Assembly: GCA_963813025.1 (NCBI GenBank)
Contig: CAWEXO010000015.1
Coordinates: 64,001-128,000 of the forward strand
Length of the DNA stretch: 64,000 nucleotides
DNA from: an uncultured Verrucomicrobiae bacterium
Lineage (GTDB): Bacteria > Verrucomicrobiota > Verrucomicrobiia > Chthoniobacterales > JAFAMB01
Direction: 5' to 3'
The translations under genes were made by a program, and so were the position numbers. This document shows, one piece after another, positions 30,797 through 42,303 of this stretch. How positions within the stretch are numbered: position 1 is the stretch's first letter; each line of letters opens with the position of its first letter. A model generated the notes under the pieces. The model was not told the origin of the DNA and ran no database searches. It saw only the letters and a list, made by a program, of their open reading frames with translations.

Positions 30797-31477
30797 CTAT
30801 AACTGCCCTTGGTCTGTTCGCGGGAGTCGCTTGCGGCCAGCCCCGAAAGCTTTCGGGGCCAGTTGACAAGAACTAGCAGGCTGCAAAGCGGCTCCCCTCC
30901 AACCGGATCTTTCCTCTATTGGCTCCCCACGCGTAGAGACAGCCATTAACCACGCGTCGAGCCCGAATTCAAGGCCGCTTGCAGGTTTGCTCTCGCCGAA
31001 CACTTGAGCGGCTTCTAACGCCACGGCTCCATGGAGGAACGCCCAAAGCGCGACAGACGCCTGCGCAGCTCGGCCCGACCCGGCAATTCGTTGCACCTGC
31101 TCGACGGTGAACGTCCAGAGGCTTTGGCGGAAGGTCGCATCGTGCTCCGGCGCGTGGAGACTCATCATCACCTCATAGAGGTGACGGTTGTCCCTTGCGA
31201 ACTTTATGTAAGCAGATGACATCTCGCGGATTGTGGAAACCGGTTCGCACCCCTCGGCTGCCTTCCTCAGCACCAGTTCCAGTTGCCGGGCAGCTTCGTT
31301 TGCTAGCGCAGCTTCCAGTGCTGAGCGATCGGAAAAGTAACGGTAGATTGCATTGGGCGCGAGGCCGAGGGAAGCCGCGAGATTCCGTAACGACAAGTCG
31401 CGGATACCCCCGTGCGCCAGATCCTTCACCGCGGCCGAAAGGATGGTCTGGCGGTCTGTTTTCGACGGATAAGGCAT
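30797..31477 (-). CDS. TetR/AcrR-family regulator (WHG-type C-terminal domain)
   Basis: LSLRNLAASLGLAPNAIYRYF helix-turn-helix; WAFLHG. Confidence 0.9.
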   Translation of the reverse strand: MPYPSKTDRQTILSAAVKDLAHGGIRDLSLRNLAASLGLAPNAIYRYFSDRSALEAALANEAARQLELVLRKAAEGCEPVSTIREMSSAYIKFARDNRHLYEVMMSLHAPEHDATFRQSLWTFTVEQVQRIAGSGRAAQASVALWAFLHGAVALEAAQVFGESKPASGLEFGLDAWLMAVSTRGEPIEERSGWRGAALQPASSCQLAPKAFGAGRKRLPRTDQGQL

Positions 31478-31486
31478 GAGAAATAC

Positions 31487-31543
31487 TACACCTTGACAAG
31501 CGAAGGTGTACAGCGAACATGTTGAAGATGAACAGTGATCATC
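31487..31543. promoter_or_regulatory. Palindromes in the divergent tetR/SDR promoter
   Basis: TACACCTT-N8-AAGGTGTA (31487-31510, containing TTGACA) and GATGAACAGTGATCATC. Confidence 0.55.
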
Positions 31544-31557
31544 TTAGGAGAAATGCG

Positions 31558-32421
31558 ATGGCGAACAGCAAAGATGTCGTGGTCACCGGGGTCTCCACCG
31601 GAATTGGTTGGGGAACCACAAAGGTGCTTATTTCAAAGGGATTTCGCGTGTTCGGCTCTGTTCGCAAGCAGGCTGACGCCGATCGTTTGCAAAGAGAGTT
31701 CGGTAACGTTTTCGTGCCTCTCATGATGGACGTTACGGACGCCGACGCTGTACATCAAGCTGCCCAGAAGGTCGGCTCCATGATAGGCGACAGGAATCTG
31801 ATTGGCCTGGTTAACAATGCAGGCATTGTGGTGAGTGGGCCACTTCTTTATCTGAGGCCCAGCGAGTACAGGCGGCAGTTGGATGTCAACATGATCTCCC
31901 CGCTTGTCGTAATCCAAGCCTTCGCTTCTCTTTTGGGAACGGATAAGAAGAGGCAGGGTCCCACCGGCCGCATCGTGAACATCAGCTCTACCGGCGCAAA
32001 AGTTGCTATTCCGCTTCTCGGTGCTTATAGCTCCTCCAAATCTGGTCTTGAAGGAATGTCGGACGCGCTGCGGCGAGAACTGATGTTATTTGGCATCGAA
32101 GTCGTGATCATTGAACCGGGCACCGTCAATACGGCGATGTACGACAAGGGCGAAAAAGAAGATCTGAGTGAGTTCAAGCAGACCGAGTATTGGGAGGCGG
32201 TACAGAACTTCCAGAAGTTCATCGTCGCCGAAGCCCGTAATAACGGCTTATCCCCTGAGCGTCTGGGCGAAGCCGTCCACGTGGCACTCAGCACGGCGAA
32301 ACCGAAGGCGCGCTACGCGGTCGTTCCGCAACGTTTCAAGAACTGGACTCTGCCCAGACTTCTTCCTGTGAGGATGCTCGACGCCGGGCTCGCAAAGGCG
32401 CTCGAACTCACAAAGCCGTAG
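31558..32421 (+). CDS. SDR-family oxidoreductase
   Basis: TGVSTGIG, NNAG and YSSSK; AGGAG Shine-Dalgarno. Confidence 0.92.
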   Translation: MANSKDVVVTGVSTGIGWGTTKVLISKGFRVFGSVRKQADADRLQREFGNVFVPLMMDVTDADAVHQAAQKVGSMIGDRNLIGLVNNAGIVVSGPLLYLRPSEYRRQLDVNMISPLVVIQAFASLLGTDKKRQGPTGRIVNISSTGAKVAIPLLGAYSSSKSGLEGMSDALRRELMLFGIEVVIIEPGTVNTAMYDKGEKEDLSEFKQTEYWEAVQNFQKFIVAEARNNGLSPERLGEAVHVALSTAKPKARYAVVPQRFKNWTLPRLLPVRMLDAGLAKALELTKP

Positions 32422-32639
32422 CCAGCCTCGAAACGGCGGGTTCTCACATGGGCAATTCTCACTTAAACGAAGAGGTCTTGTTGCGACCCTGGTTTTATAT
32501 GCAGTCTCAACCTACAACAAATAGATTTCCCTTATCCGAGTTCGCGCGCGTACGCCCGGTCGCGCGGATGAATGGATCATGCTCAAAGCAGCAACAACAG
32601 CCTAATGAACGCCGTGGAAGGAATTGCCGTAGTTCCTGG

Positions 32640-32861
32640 AAGCATGGCGCGAGCCAGACCTTTGAGCGAACCAAAATGACGAACCAGGGCAAGAGCGACG
32701 GACTCTTTGCCGACTAGCAAAGTGAGGTGTTCCAGGCCAGATAACGCGGAAGAACCATACCGAGCGAGTTTTTCAGAAACGCGGAAGCTCAGCGAGGCTT
32801 CGGGAGCAGCTTCGGGAATATTTTGAAGTTCGCTTTCGAGCCAAAAAATATGGTGTGCCAT
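32640..32861 (-). pseudogene. radC: RadC N-terminal remnant
   Basis: EKLARYGSSALSGLEHLTLL...RHFGSLKGLARA; the JAB domain is absent. Confidence 0.65.
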
Positions 32862-33451
32862 ATTTTTTGGCCGAAAGCGAAGCGAAGCAAAGCGGCCCAC
32901 GGAAAGAGGCCGCAGGAGCAAGAGCGTCCGGCCTCGGCCGGGCGGTCGAGAATTTAAATGGGCACCGACGCGTAGCCTTGGGCGTAGGCCGTTTAAGCCG
33001 TAGACGGCACTCTTGCCCTAAGGACGTCCGTGGGTTCGAAGTGAATCTGGCGTGAGCCAGACAAGATAAAGGAGTGATTTTAAGCCAACCTGGGTTTGCT
33101 TAGGAGAAAGAGGAAGGAGAGACCGCCTTGGGGCTCGACGGGGAGAGATAGTATCAGCTTTTTTGTGTGTGGGTCGGTTTTTCTTTAGTGATTTGTTAGC
33201 GGAATTTCTGCCTGTTTGTGCACGTTTGAGGTGGTTAGGAGAGGGCGTCCAGACTTATCCATAATCGCCCCGGACCGGGGTGCTGCGAGAATGCCTGGGA
33301 CAGGTCCGTTACGTCGCAGCAGCGCATCGGTCCGGATAAAGGCGATTGTGGATAAGTCGCGCATTGGAGCCGGGGCGCTACGAAGCCCAAGATTTGTTTT
33401 TCTACCCTTCTTTGGGATCGTTCCATTTTTTCAGATTTCAGATCTCCGGCG

Positions 33452-33837
33452 TCAGAATCGTTCCCCAAATTGTATGGCAAACTGGGCCGCCGTCGTCGTC
33501 CAGGTTATTGGCGGCCTTTGCCACTTTTTAGTGATGTTGCGCAGCACCAAGTAAATGAGCTTGGTGGCCGCTTCATCGCTTGGGAAGTGGCCTCTGGTTT
33601 TCAACACTTTACGCGGCTGCATATGCAAGCTCTCGATAGCGTTGGTGGTATAAATGATTTTTCGAATCTCCTGCGGAAAGGCGAAAAACGGAATCACCTG
33701 TTCCCACACTCTTCGCCAGCACTGGACGATAGCCGGTAATTTTTTACCCCACTCGCTGTTGGCAAATTCTTCCAGCCGTTTGGCGGCCAGCTCAGCGGTC
33801 TCAGCGTTGTAAATGCGCTTCAATTCCCGAGCCACCG
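33452..33837 (-). mobile_element. IS256-family transposase C-terminal fragment
   Basis: WEQVIPFFAFPQEIRKIIYTTNAIESLH...FPSDEAATKLIYL. Confidence 0.88.
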
Positions 33838-34200
33838 TTGGGCAGGCAAAGCGCTTTTGCAACAAACGGCACAACATTGCCAGCCGCTGTCTCCTGAAGT
33901 CGTTCGATGATGGCGTGCCACTCGGCCAGGAGCTGGGCGAGCGGATGATCACCGCCCGGACCCTCCCAACGCCCGGCGGTCGTAAGCTTCCTAAGGTCGC
34001 CGCCTTTAACCTCGAGCACAAGCACCCGCCGGTGGGTCCGAGAATTAAAAAGTCCCCTTCCCGATCTGTTTCGTAATAAAAACCCCAGCGGATTACCCAT
34101 TCATCCATTCATCCGACAAGCGTGCCAACCGCTTGGCGACGGCCAGTTCCGTGGGGTTACAACAATTGAGCGGTCTCTGGTAGATCCATCGCGTCATACT
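33838..34200 (-). pseudogene. NERD-domain nuclease fragment
   Basis: REGDFLILGP..VLVLEVKGG across a frameshift. Confidence 0.65.
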
Positions 34201-34668
34201 AAATTCCCTCAAAGAGATCAGGATTAAATCCTCTCAAATATCAGGATGAATCCAAGACTAACTGGCGATCCGGCGGTCCGCCCGCCGCCTCTTTTTATAT
34301 CATTCCCAAGCGAGCGTACCTAATCAAAATCTAGAGGTAGGCTTTTGGCAATTCATCACGCCGCCGTCTCTTATCGCAGCAAGCCGCCAGAACATCCCCT
34401 GAGCCAAGCAAGGTGAGCTTGGTTAGTCCGTCGTCTGCCGGTAGCTGTAAGAGACGCCGTAATGCAGGCAGAAACGGAAGAGTGCCGAAAAGTAGACGCC
34501 CGGCGGCACAGGTGTCGTTTGCCTCGTCGCATACTATAAGTGCGCAGTTTTTTATCGACGCATAGTTCTAGGGAACCGAGAAGATAATTGGCTCGAACCC
34601 ATAATATCGCTCATTTCCAAACCACTTATTCTCATTTATTTTGGTTCCGAAACCGCGGATATTATCGC

Positions 34669-35193
34669 ATGGACCTCCGCCGCGCCGTCATCCGATCGGC
34701 CAGTGACGCCGAAACCCTGCATGCTCAAGTGCTCAGTGGGGCCGAGCGCACGGGAACGTGGCTTCGTGGCTTCGCAGGCAGTCCGCTGGAGCTTCTCACC
34801 GCGCTGCGCTTCCAGACGGTGGGTCACGACCCCCTAACCGGGGATGCGCTAAACGTGATCGAGCAGCTCAATCAGAGCTTCACAATCCTGGTGTCCCTGC
34901 GGGCCGTTGAACGGCTGATCGAGATGCACCCAGAAGCGAACGGATTCCGCCTCGCGCTTGCGACCAGCAGCGGCCGCGACATCGAGAGTGTCGAGCCGGA
35001 TCTCGTAGCCGGCGAGGTCTTTTCGGCAACTCATCCAGGCAGCAACCAGAAACTCAAGAAGGACATTGCGCGCTTGGCGTCCGACCCAGCACGCCATCGT
35101 TACGTGTTCTTTGCAGCGCCGAAGTACACGACTGGCCGACAAACGCACCTAGAAACCGTGCCGGGGGTGGAGGTGCATTGTGTCGATCTCTGA
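34669..35193 (+). CDS. Hypothetical protein, possible PD-(D/E)XK-like fold
   Basis: Intact 174-aa ORF containing GRDIES...VAGEVF...QKLKKD. Confidence 0.65.
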   Translation: MDLRRAVIRSASDAETLHAQVLSGAERTGTWLRGFAGSPLELLTALRFQTVGHDPLTGDALNVIEQLNQSFTILVSLRAVERLIEMHPEANGFRLALATSSGRDIESVEPDLVAGEVFSATHPGSNQKLKKDIARLASDPARHRYVFFAAPKYTTGRQTHLETVPGVEVHCVDL

Positions 35194-35316
35194 TATTCGC
35201 GATGACCTTTCAGTTGATAACGGCGGAGCACTCATAAGTCCCGCCTTCATCGTCTCTGTTCCCCCCGCTGTGCTTCCCGCATTCAGTTCTCCTTTTTGAG
35301 CCAGACCACGCCGTCA

Positions 35317-37570
35317 TCATGCGATCCTTTTTTGCCGCTCTCTCAACAAATCGGCCCAATCCTTAAGCGTTTGAATATCTTGCATGATCTCGTTCGGCGG
35401 CGGCGCTTCGGCGTCCCTGCCTCTCGATGGGTCGTGAGCATCGACAACATCGCAACACTTTTGAAGCCCGCACGAAACGTGTCGCAATCGGACTCGTTCA
35501 GAACCGTCACCTTTTTAAGGTGTTTCGTGTCCATGTAGTCCCTGTGACGCTGAATGACCCGAAAAAATGCAACGTCCTCCAGCGCGCGTTCCCACGATGC
35601 GCGCAGGATATTATAGATGCTCGCCGCTTCTTTCCGATATTTCTCTTCCTCGTTGTTGTCGTAGAGCTTTTTCGCCTCTCGCGTTGCCTTCTCCAATTTG
35701 TCGATGCGATCCTCGATGCTTTGGGCTTTCCAGGGAAGTCCTTGGGTGACCATTCCGGCGCCCTCCGATCCCCGGCTGACCGTGAAAAACTGAATGGCCC
35801 GCTCCTCTTCATGGGCCATGTCATGCAGGTCGTTAACAAATATCAAATCGTGGGTGAAGACGACGGTCTGCCGGTGTTCCCCCTCTTCGACAAGACGCCT
35901 GGCAACCTGCTTCCGCCAACGATGGTCCAGAGAAGAGACAGGGTCATCGAAAACGAGAGTGGACCGGTGTGCCGCCGTGGCGAGTTCAGTCAGAAAGGCG
36001 GCCAGGGCCACACACGTCTTCTCGCCTTCACTCAGCACGTCCTGCACTTTCGCATCCGGCTTCGCCAACAGGCGCACCTGATATTGTGGAGACCCGTATT
36101 TCCCGCCGGAGCGGATTATCTCCACCCGGACCTTGTCGGCGGCCAGCTTTACGATTTCTTCGTGAAACCGGTCGCGCAATTTCGGCGTGATGACCGTGTC
36201 GGCAATGTGGTTGCCGACCCTCGTAATGGGGTTGGTTGCCGTGTCCCCGAGACACTGGTCAAGGAATTGAATTGTTTTCTGCCGGTTAACTTCCTCCCAG
36301 ACGGTTTGCATCATGCCGCCCAGGAGCGCTTACCGGGCAGATGGATTTCTTGCGCCGCGTCCAAAGCTTTCACGAGCGCATATCGCCGAAGCCGCGCCGC
36401 CGCGAGGAAGCGGCGTGTCTGCCGCGCCAGATCGGGGTTTTGAAGCGCGGTCTCTTGCAGATTCGCTTTTAGCGGCCGCGTGCCAATATTGGTGGAACTC
36501 AGGTCCTGACGCGCCGCCCGGCTGGCCTTTTCCGCCTCTTGCGCTTGCCGCTCCGTATCTTTCTGGATGAATTCCTCAAACCGCGCCATCCGGTCGCGGG
36601 CTTCTCCCTCCAGCGGCTGCTGGCAAAGAAGGCAACGGGCATCGTCCCGGGACGGCGGGAATGACTGGCCGGGATAGGCGATCTGTGTCGAATAGCGCCG
36701 GGCTGAATCCCAAAGCGCGCGCCAGACCTCGCCGCCAACCCCATCAAACGGTTCGCCGGAGAAGGCCTTCCCGGCGGCCAGGCGCGCCGCATCCCGTTTT
36801 AACCGGGCGTCCTGAACGGCGGAAGCAACACCGGTGAGCGCCTTGTCGTTGGTCTTCCCCTCAATGAGATTAACCTTGTCAATCAGGCGTTTGATGTTGC
36901 CGGCCTTCAGCTCTGCTCCGCCGCCGCCCTGGCCGGATTTCTGGACAGGTCTTCTCTAAGGCGGATCGACCGGGCGCTCTCTTCCTCTGTCAGCGCCGCC
37001 AGGGCTTGGATTTTCTGAAGATCGGTGTCATGCTTTAACGCGGCGAGCGCCTTTCCGGACAGCCGTCATCTCTTTCCAGCAGGGCCCGGAGAAAATCGGA
37101 TTGCGGGTTTCTTCGAGTTTCCTTTTCTCGGCGGAAAGAGCCTCCTTCACTTCCATACAGGCGCTCGCAAGCACATCCGGAACCTCGAGATCAAATGGAC
37201 GAAACGCGACCTCGTTTTCCTCCTCGATGTGAACGGAAGCGCAATCGCTATCGAAGACGCTGACAGCCGACAAGGTCGCGTGCGGATAAGCCGCATCCTG
37301 CCACTTTTCAGGCGATTGCGGCGCGCCCCCGATGCTGTACGCGATGGTTGCGGCCGCACGCGGCCGGAGGTTGTTCGGCGTAAATGTTCGGCTCTATCTC
37401 GCCGGGATGGCGCGCCCGGCAGGCACGTTTAAGAATGCGCGCATAGCCCGATTTTCCCATGCCATTGTCCCCATAGATTATCGTCATTCCATTCTGCTCG
37501 AAGGTCAGGGTCTGACCGGAGCAAGATTGTTGACGCCCTCCACATCCGCGATGGAGACCAATGATAGCCT
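35317..37570 (-). pseudogene. Rad50/RloC-like ABC ATPase, multiply frameshifted
   Basis: Walker A IYGDNGMGKS, zinc hook CLLCQQP, LSEGE, VFDDPVSSLD and FTHD, spread over several frames. Confidence 0.82.
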
Positions 37571-37579
37571 CAGGCTCGC

Positions 37580-37930
37580 AAGGGGAAGTCAAAGGGCTGG
37601 TGGCGGTAGAGCTAACCGATGGCGACGGGTTAGTCCGAGGCAGACCACAGGAGGGTTGCTGCGGATTAGAAGTGATTTTAGCCAAGGGGCGGCGAATCGA
37701 ACTGAGCCGGGATTTTGACGCGGTGCAACTGCGTCGTGCGGTCGAGGTGCTGGAAGGATTTTAAGCCTGTGTTCGGACTTGGACCGGCGACCCGGGTTTG
37801 CCTCGCCGTTGGAGCGACCGATCTGCGCAAGGGTTTTGAGGGGCTCTTCGGGCTGGTGAAGGATCGGCTGGGGCTTGAACCCTTGAGCGGGCATGTGGTG
37901 TGTTTTTGCAATCGGTCCCGAAGCCGGATG
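37580..37930 (+). mobile_element. IS66 tnpA (C-terminal) and tnpB (N-terminal) fragments
   Basis: LEVILAKGRRI...FDAVQLRRAVEVLE and GATDLRKGFEGLFGLV..LGLEPLSGHVVCFCNR. Confidence 0.85.
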
Positions 37931-38092
37931 ACGCCCGGTAACTCGAAAGCCTAGATTCGCCTGGCGAATATCTACATTACCGTGGAGAATGAGTTTATCG
38001 TTCTGAGTTCTGGCCAACTGCAGATAGATAAGCCAGCCACCAACGGCCAACACGGCTAGAGCAACGACTGCGATAATAATAGGTCGTTTCAT
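37931..38092 (-). pseudogene. HlyD/YbhG-like membrane fusion protein N-terminal fragment
   Basis: Transmembrane helix plus LHGNVDIRQANLGFRVTGR, cut off at the IS66 fragment. Confidence 0.7.
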
Positions 38093-38344
38093 TTCCCTCC
38101 CCTCCATTTCCGAATCGAAAGATCCGATCGGTCTTCCAACGCCCGCTAAATCTCGCTAACTTCATCCGTGTAGTCGGAGAGATTAGGACGTCTGCAGATG
38201 GTCTCTCATCCGGAAAGAAAAATGACCGCTTGGCCGACTACCATAGCAAGTCAGCGATTGCGTGAGCACCCACTTGAGATATTTCCTCTTCTCGGTTCCC
38301 GATCCCTCCAATTCGAATATTGTGGCGCGGGAACCGATCTCTTC

Positions 38345-38452
38345 CTCGTGGCTTCTGCTATAAATCTTGGTGCAGCCCGGCTTTTTTGAGAGCGTCTACC
38401 TGGAGGTCAATCGTTTGGTCCTTTGTACTAACGCGAGCGTAGCCTGCTACGT
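38345..38452 (-). pseudogene. Serine recombinase (resolvase) N-terminal fragment
   Basis: Hand translation: GYARVSTKDQTIDLQVDALKKAG. Confidence 0.75.
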
Positions 38453-38461
38453 GTTTGTAAC

Positions 38462-38824
38462 TCAGGGTCTACGATTGGTTGACGCTTCGGCGCGGCGAGT
38501 TGCCGCCGGTATCTCACAACTTGCGCCGCCACATCCGCTCAACTCACGGTCGATGTAGCGCCGGAAGGAAGAAAACCTGAGCAGAAGTCTGACGGGAGCG
38601 TAAAGTGGGATTTGCCGAGCAATCAAATCGAGAGCGGCAGCGCCACGATGGAAGTTCCCACTCGCGAATTCCTCGACGACTATCTCTCCGGGGCGCAGCG
38701 GCCCTGTCATTGGAGTCGCAGTAGAAGTCTCCAGTCGATCGCGCCAATCGAGCGCATGCCCCACTCGCGCAAACCTGGCGCATTTCCGGCAGTCCGGATT
38801 GCGATAAACACGAATCGTTTTCAT
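38462..38824 (-). CDS. DCC1/DUF393-like thiol-disulfide oxidoreductase
   Basis: N-terminal DCxxC motif (PDCRKC) and ALDW; 120 aa. Confidence 0.6.
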   Translation of the reverse strand: MKTIRVYRNPDCRKCARFARVGHALDWRDRLETSTATPMTGPLRPGEIVVEEFASGNFHRGAAALDLIARQIPLYAPVRLLLRFSSFRRYIDRELSGCGGASCEIPAATRRAEASTNRRP

Positions 38825-38981
38825 TTTGACAGATGATTTTAGGTTTCGTTAGTGGCCACCATCCGGTCGAAGGGACTAATCGTCCAACGACGTCTCGCTC
38901 GTCCCGGCTTGGGCGATCTTATTACAAGACAAAGCTTGCGCGCACTCACGATACTGTCAATACTGAAACAGTTTCCTTCGT

Positions 38982-39716
38982 ATGACGACAACCAAACCTC
39001 AACGAAAAAGCAGCGCTCGTTCGAAGACGCCGGAAGCGTTCCCGGAGGCCGCGCTTTCCCGGCGGGTCATCGCCGCGGCCCGGCGGCACTTCTTCGCGCA
39101 CGGGTTCCGCGCCATTACGACGGACGACCTCGCGGCCGAACTCGCTCTTAGCAAAAAGACGCTTTACGCGCTATTCCCAAGCAAGGAGGCGCTTCTAGAG
39201 GCGGTGGTGCTCGAAAAGTTCGGAAGCGTGGATGCCGAGCTCGCGCGGATCAGCGGCGATCGGTCGCTCGGCTGCGTGGAAAAACTGCACGAGCTTCTGG
39301 CCTGCTTGCAGCATGAAATGGAGGAAATCCAGCCGTCATTCGTGCGCGACATGCAGCGCGGGGCGCCGGAAGTCTTCGCGCTGATCGAGCGGCGCCGCGC
39401 CGGAATTATCCGCGAGCATTTCGGAGCGCTGTTCGAGCAAAGCCGCAAGGCGGGAATGATCCGCAAAGAGGTGTCCACTACATTGCTCATCGCGGTCATT
39501 CTCGGGGCGGTCAATGCGGTCTTGAATCCCGGCAAACTCGCGGAGCTGAGACTTCAGCCGAAAGAGGGGTTGCTCAGCATCCTACGGATTATTCTCGAGG
39601 GCGCAATGACGGAAAAAGGGCGCGCGAAGCATGTAATCGCTACCGCAGGGCGCGAGCGGAATGAGATAGAAGCAGTTGCCCAAGAAACGGGAAAATCACC
39701 GCTCAAGCACGAGTGA
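38982..39716 (+). CDS. TetR/AcrR-family regulator
   Basis: ITTDDLAAELALSKKTLYALFPSKEALL. Confidence 0.9.
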   Translation: MTTTKPQRKSSARSKTPEAFPEAALSRRVIAAARRHFFAHGFRAITTDDLAAELALSKKTLYALFPSKEALLEAVVLEKFGSVDAELARISGDRSLGCVEKLHELLACLQHEMEEIQPSFVRDMQRGAPEVFALIERRRAGIIREHFGALFEQSRKAGMIRKEVSTTLLIAVILGAVNAVLNPGKLAELRLQPKEGLLSILRIILEGAMTEKGRAKHVIATAGRERNEIEAVAQETGKSPLKHE

Positions 39717-39849
39717 TTCCTCTTGTCGCCGATGGAATGACTGCAAAATGGTCGTGGACGTGGCAGTGAAGAGATTTCTGACGGACCACTAAAAGTCTGA
39801 CCGGTCCGCCATTCCGGCACCGTGAGTTGGAGATCAGCTCGGATGAGCG

Positions 39850-40050
39850 TATTAGGCTGTTGGCGACAGTTGACGGTTCAGAGGGTACCGTGCCATCAGG
39901 GCGTGAACGCTCCCGACAGCCTCTGCCAGGCCATCTTCCGCGCGCATCTTTGCGCCGACGGCCGAAGCTCGCTCCCGCATCTCTGTGGATCGGGTGAGGG
40001 CGATCGCACGAGACAAGGTGGCGGCCGTAACCTTCTGGGCGCTCGCCGCG
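39850..40050 (-). pseudogene. GT1 glycosyltransferase C-terminal fragment
   Basis: Hand translation: VTAATLSRAI...MRERASAVGAKMRAEDGLAEAV. Confidence 0.5.
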
Positions 40051-40974
40051 GCGGGCGCTATCTGGCTTGTCTGCGGCCTTGGTCATGAAATAACGAAGCT
40101 CGGTGTAAAACTCCTCTGCGAGCGATGCGTGCGAGCGCCTGTGCTGTAGCAACGGCCTCGAAGGCAAGGACTCATCAGAAAACCGCAACCTAATTCGATC
40201 GCGGTCTGATGCCACATCTGCCGATTCTCAAAGTTCTCTCCGACGCGGAAGACGAACAACTAAATCTGTCCGTCTACCAGCATGAGAGTGTCGTCTCCGG
40301 CTTAAACAGGCTACGACCGTCCGTGACGACCATCGTTTCGCCCAGGTTTTGACTGCTCAACAAACGATCAGCGTTTTTCGCCAAGCGAAGACAGGCGGGC
40401 AATTTGTCCACATGACCCGAGAGCTTTCCGATCTGGACTTCACATGTTAATACCTGAAGAGTCTGTTGTTTGCTAAGGCGCGACCCTGGATTAAGGGCGA
40501 TTAAAGGTTGGTCTTGCCTGGATTGATACAGGGATCGGGGACTATTCGGCAACTGGCGCCACGCTGGGCATGCCGTCATGGCTCGGACTAAAAGCGGAAG
40601 CTTTACGCCTTGCCGATCGCACCGCGTTTCGCCAAAGCGGTTACGAAGCGCGGGTCGCCACCGAGCGGAAAGCCCGTTCGTGATTATAGCGTTGCCGGCG
40701 GATGGTTGCGCATACCCCCTTTCTATTGAGCCATAATCCACCCGATTCGCGACTATCTGGGTTCGGTCCTGCCGGGGCTGACTGGACCAACTCGAGTGGA
40801 CTAGGGTTGTGATCTCGGTGTAGGTGGGGAGGAAAATGATTTAATTTGGGTTTCTGCCCCTGGGGCCAGAAACGACTGGAGAGAGGAGTAACTTTCAAGA
40901 GACCGGGCCGATCCTTGGCTCAATAACAGAACGCCAAGCGTCGCGAGAAAGATGCTTCAATTCAACTTCCTGAC

Positions 40975-41130
40975 GGCAAGAGTGCCAAGTCGCCAAGCCG
41001 CTGGCCGGTGTAGAGGCCGAACTTGATCAGGCTTTGCCACTAAAATTCTTTGGATCTCAGGAAGCGTAAACGGCCGGCGAGTCCTGCTCGGTTCGCCCCT
41101 GACTAGGCGGATGCTTTCGAGCGGTGATTC
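40975..41130 (-). pseudogene. Tyrosine integrase fragment
   Basis: RRPFTLPEIQRIL then (frameshift) WQSLIKFGLYTGQRLGDLA, containing the box I arginine. Confidence 0.7.
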
Positions 41131-41217
41131 GTAAATGTATGGCTTGCACCCTTCCCCTTGGTTGCGCCCAGACCGGACTATAGTAAGATCTGACTTCCTT
41201 CGACTTCCCTCAGGAAA

Positions 41218-41772
41218 ATGACAAAGACCGCTTCCAAGATCCGTTTCAAAGCGAAACTCTGCCGGCCGGCCGAGAGCGCTGAGACCCGCTCCTGGAGCTT
41301 TCTTGTTCTGCCTAAGAGCGCGAGTGCGAAGCTCCCGTCGCGCGGCATGACGGCGATCGAAGGCACCCTCAATGGCTTTCCTTTTCAAGCCACTCTCGAG
41401 CCAGACGGCCAAAAAAGCCACTGGCTCAAAGTGGACCGGAAGCTGAGCGAAGCCGCGGGTGCAGAGGCGGGCGATGTTGTCACGCTGGACATCGCGCCTG
41501 CGGCAGAGGAACCGGAGCCCGCGGTGCCGTCAGATTTGAGAAAAGCTCTCGCCGCCTCGGCCCCGAAGGCGCGGGCGTTGTGGTCGGACATCACACCCAT
41601 TGCGCGCAGAGATTGGATCCACTGGATCACCTCCGCTAGGCAGCCAGAAACACGCGCGCGCCGGATCAAAAATGCCTGCTCGATGCTAGCTGCCGGGAAG
41701 CGGCGCGTCTGCTGCTTCGACCGGTCTGGGTTCTACAGCAAAAGCTTGAGCGCTCCTAAAGAGGCGATTTAG
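41218..41772 (+). CDS. DUF1905 plus YdeI/OmpD-associated family protein
   Basis: IEGTLNGFPF and VPSDLRKAL...RRDWIHWITSARQPETRARRI. Confidence 0.85.
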   Translation: MTKTASKIRFKAKLCRPAESAETRSWSFLVLPKSASAKLPSRGMTAIEGTLNGFPFQATLEPDGQKSHWLKVDRKLSEAAGAEAGDVVTLDIAPAAEEPEPAVPSDLRKALAASAPKARALWSDITPIARRDWIHWITSARQPETRARRIKNACSMLAAGKRRVCCFDRSGFYSKSLSAPKEAI

Positions 41773-41811
41773 TTGGATACGAGTTTCCCATTTTGGGGAA
41801 AACTCGGCAAG

Positions 41812-42303
41812 CTATTGTGGATAGAAGCCCACAACCACAAGCCCAGCAGTTCCATCAATATTCACGGCCTTTACATAGCTCCATTTCTGAGAAGGTTGGC
41901 TCTGTCCTGGTTTGGGAAACATGTAGTCGACCCATCCCGATCCCTTGGACTGAACAACCTTCACAAACTCCACCTGGAATAACTTACCGTTTGAATCCTT
42001 CAGGCTACTTGAATTGCTCCCCTCTCGTTCTGGGAAACCTCCATTGAACAGGACTACTTCTTTTAAGTCGTCAATGAATAAATAGGTGTCACCGATCCGC
42101 CATTTCGCTGCCGGTTTTCCTGAACTCAGGAAGATTGACTTTCCCTTACTGTCGATCAACGTCGACGCTTTTTCGACCAACGCCACGATTTGTTTTGCTT
42201 GTTCAGACTCCGGCGGCACGGTGGTGTCTTTTTGTTGGGCGAAGCTCGGCACGGTAAAGACGATTGCCAACCCTACGAAGGCAAATAGTAAGCGGATCTT
42301 CAT
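41812..42303 (-). CDS. Secreted single Cache-domain protein
   Basis: Signal peptide; DTYLFIDD, KDSNGK and GSGWVDYMFPKPG...KWSYV. Confidence 0.75.
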   Translation of the reverse strand: MKIRLLFAFVGLAIVFTVPSFAQQKDTTVPPESEQAKQIVALVEKASTLIDSKGKSIFLSSGKPAAKWRIGDTYLFIDDLKEVVLFNGGFPEREGSNSSSLKDSNGKLFQVEFVKVVQSKGSGWVDYMFPKPGQSQPSQKWSYVKAVNIDGTAGLVVVGFYPQ

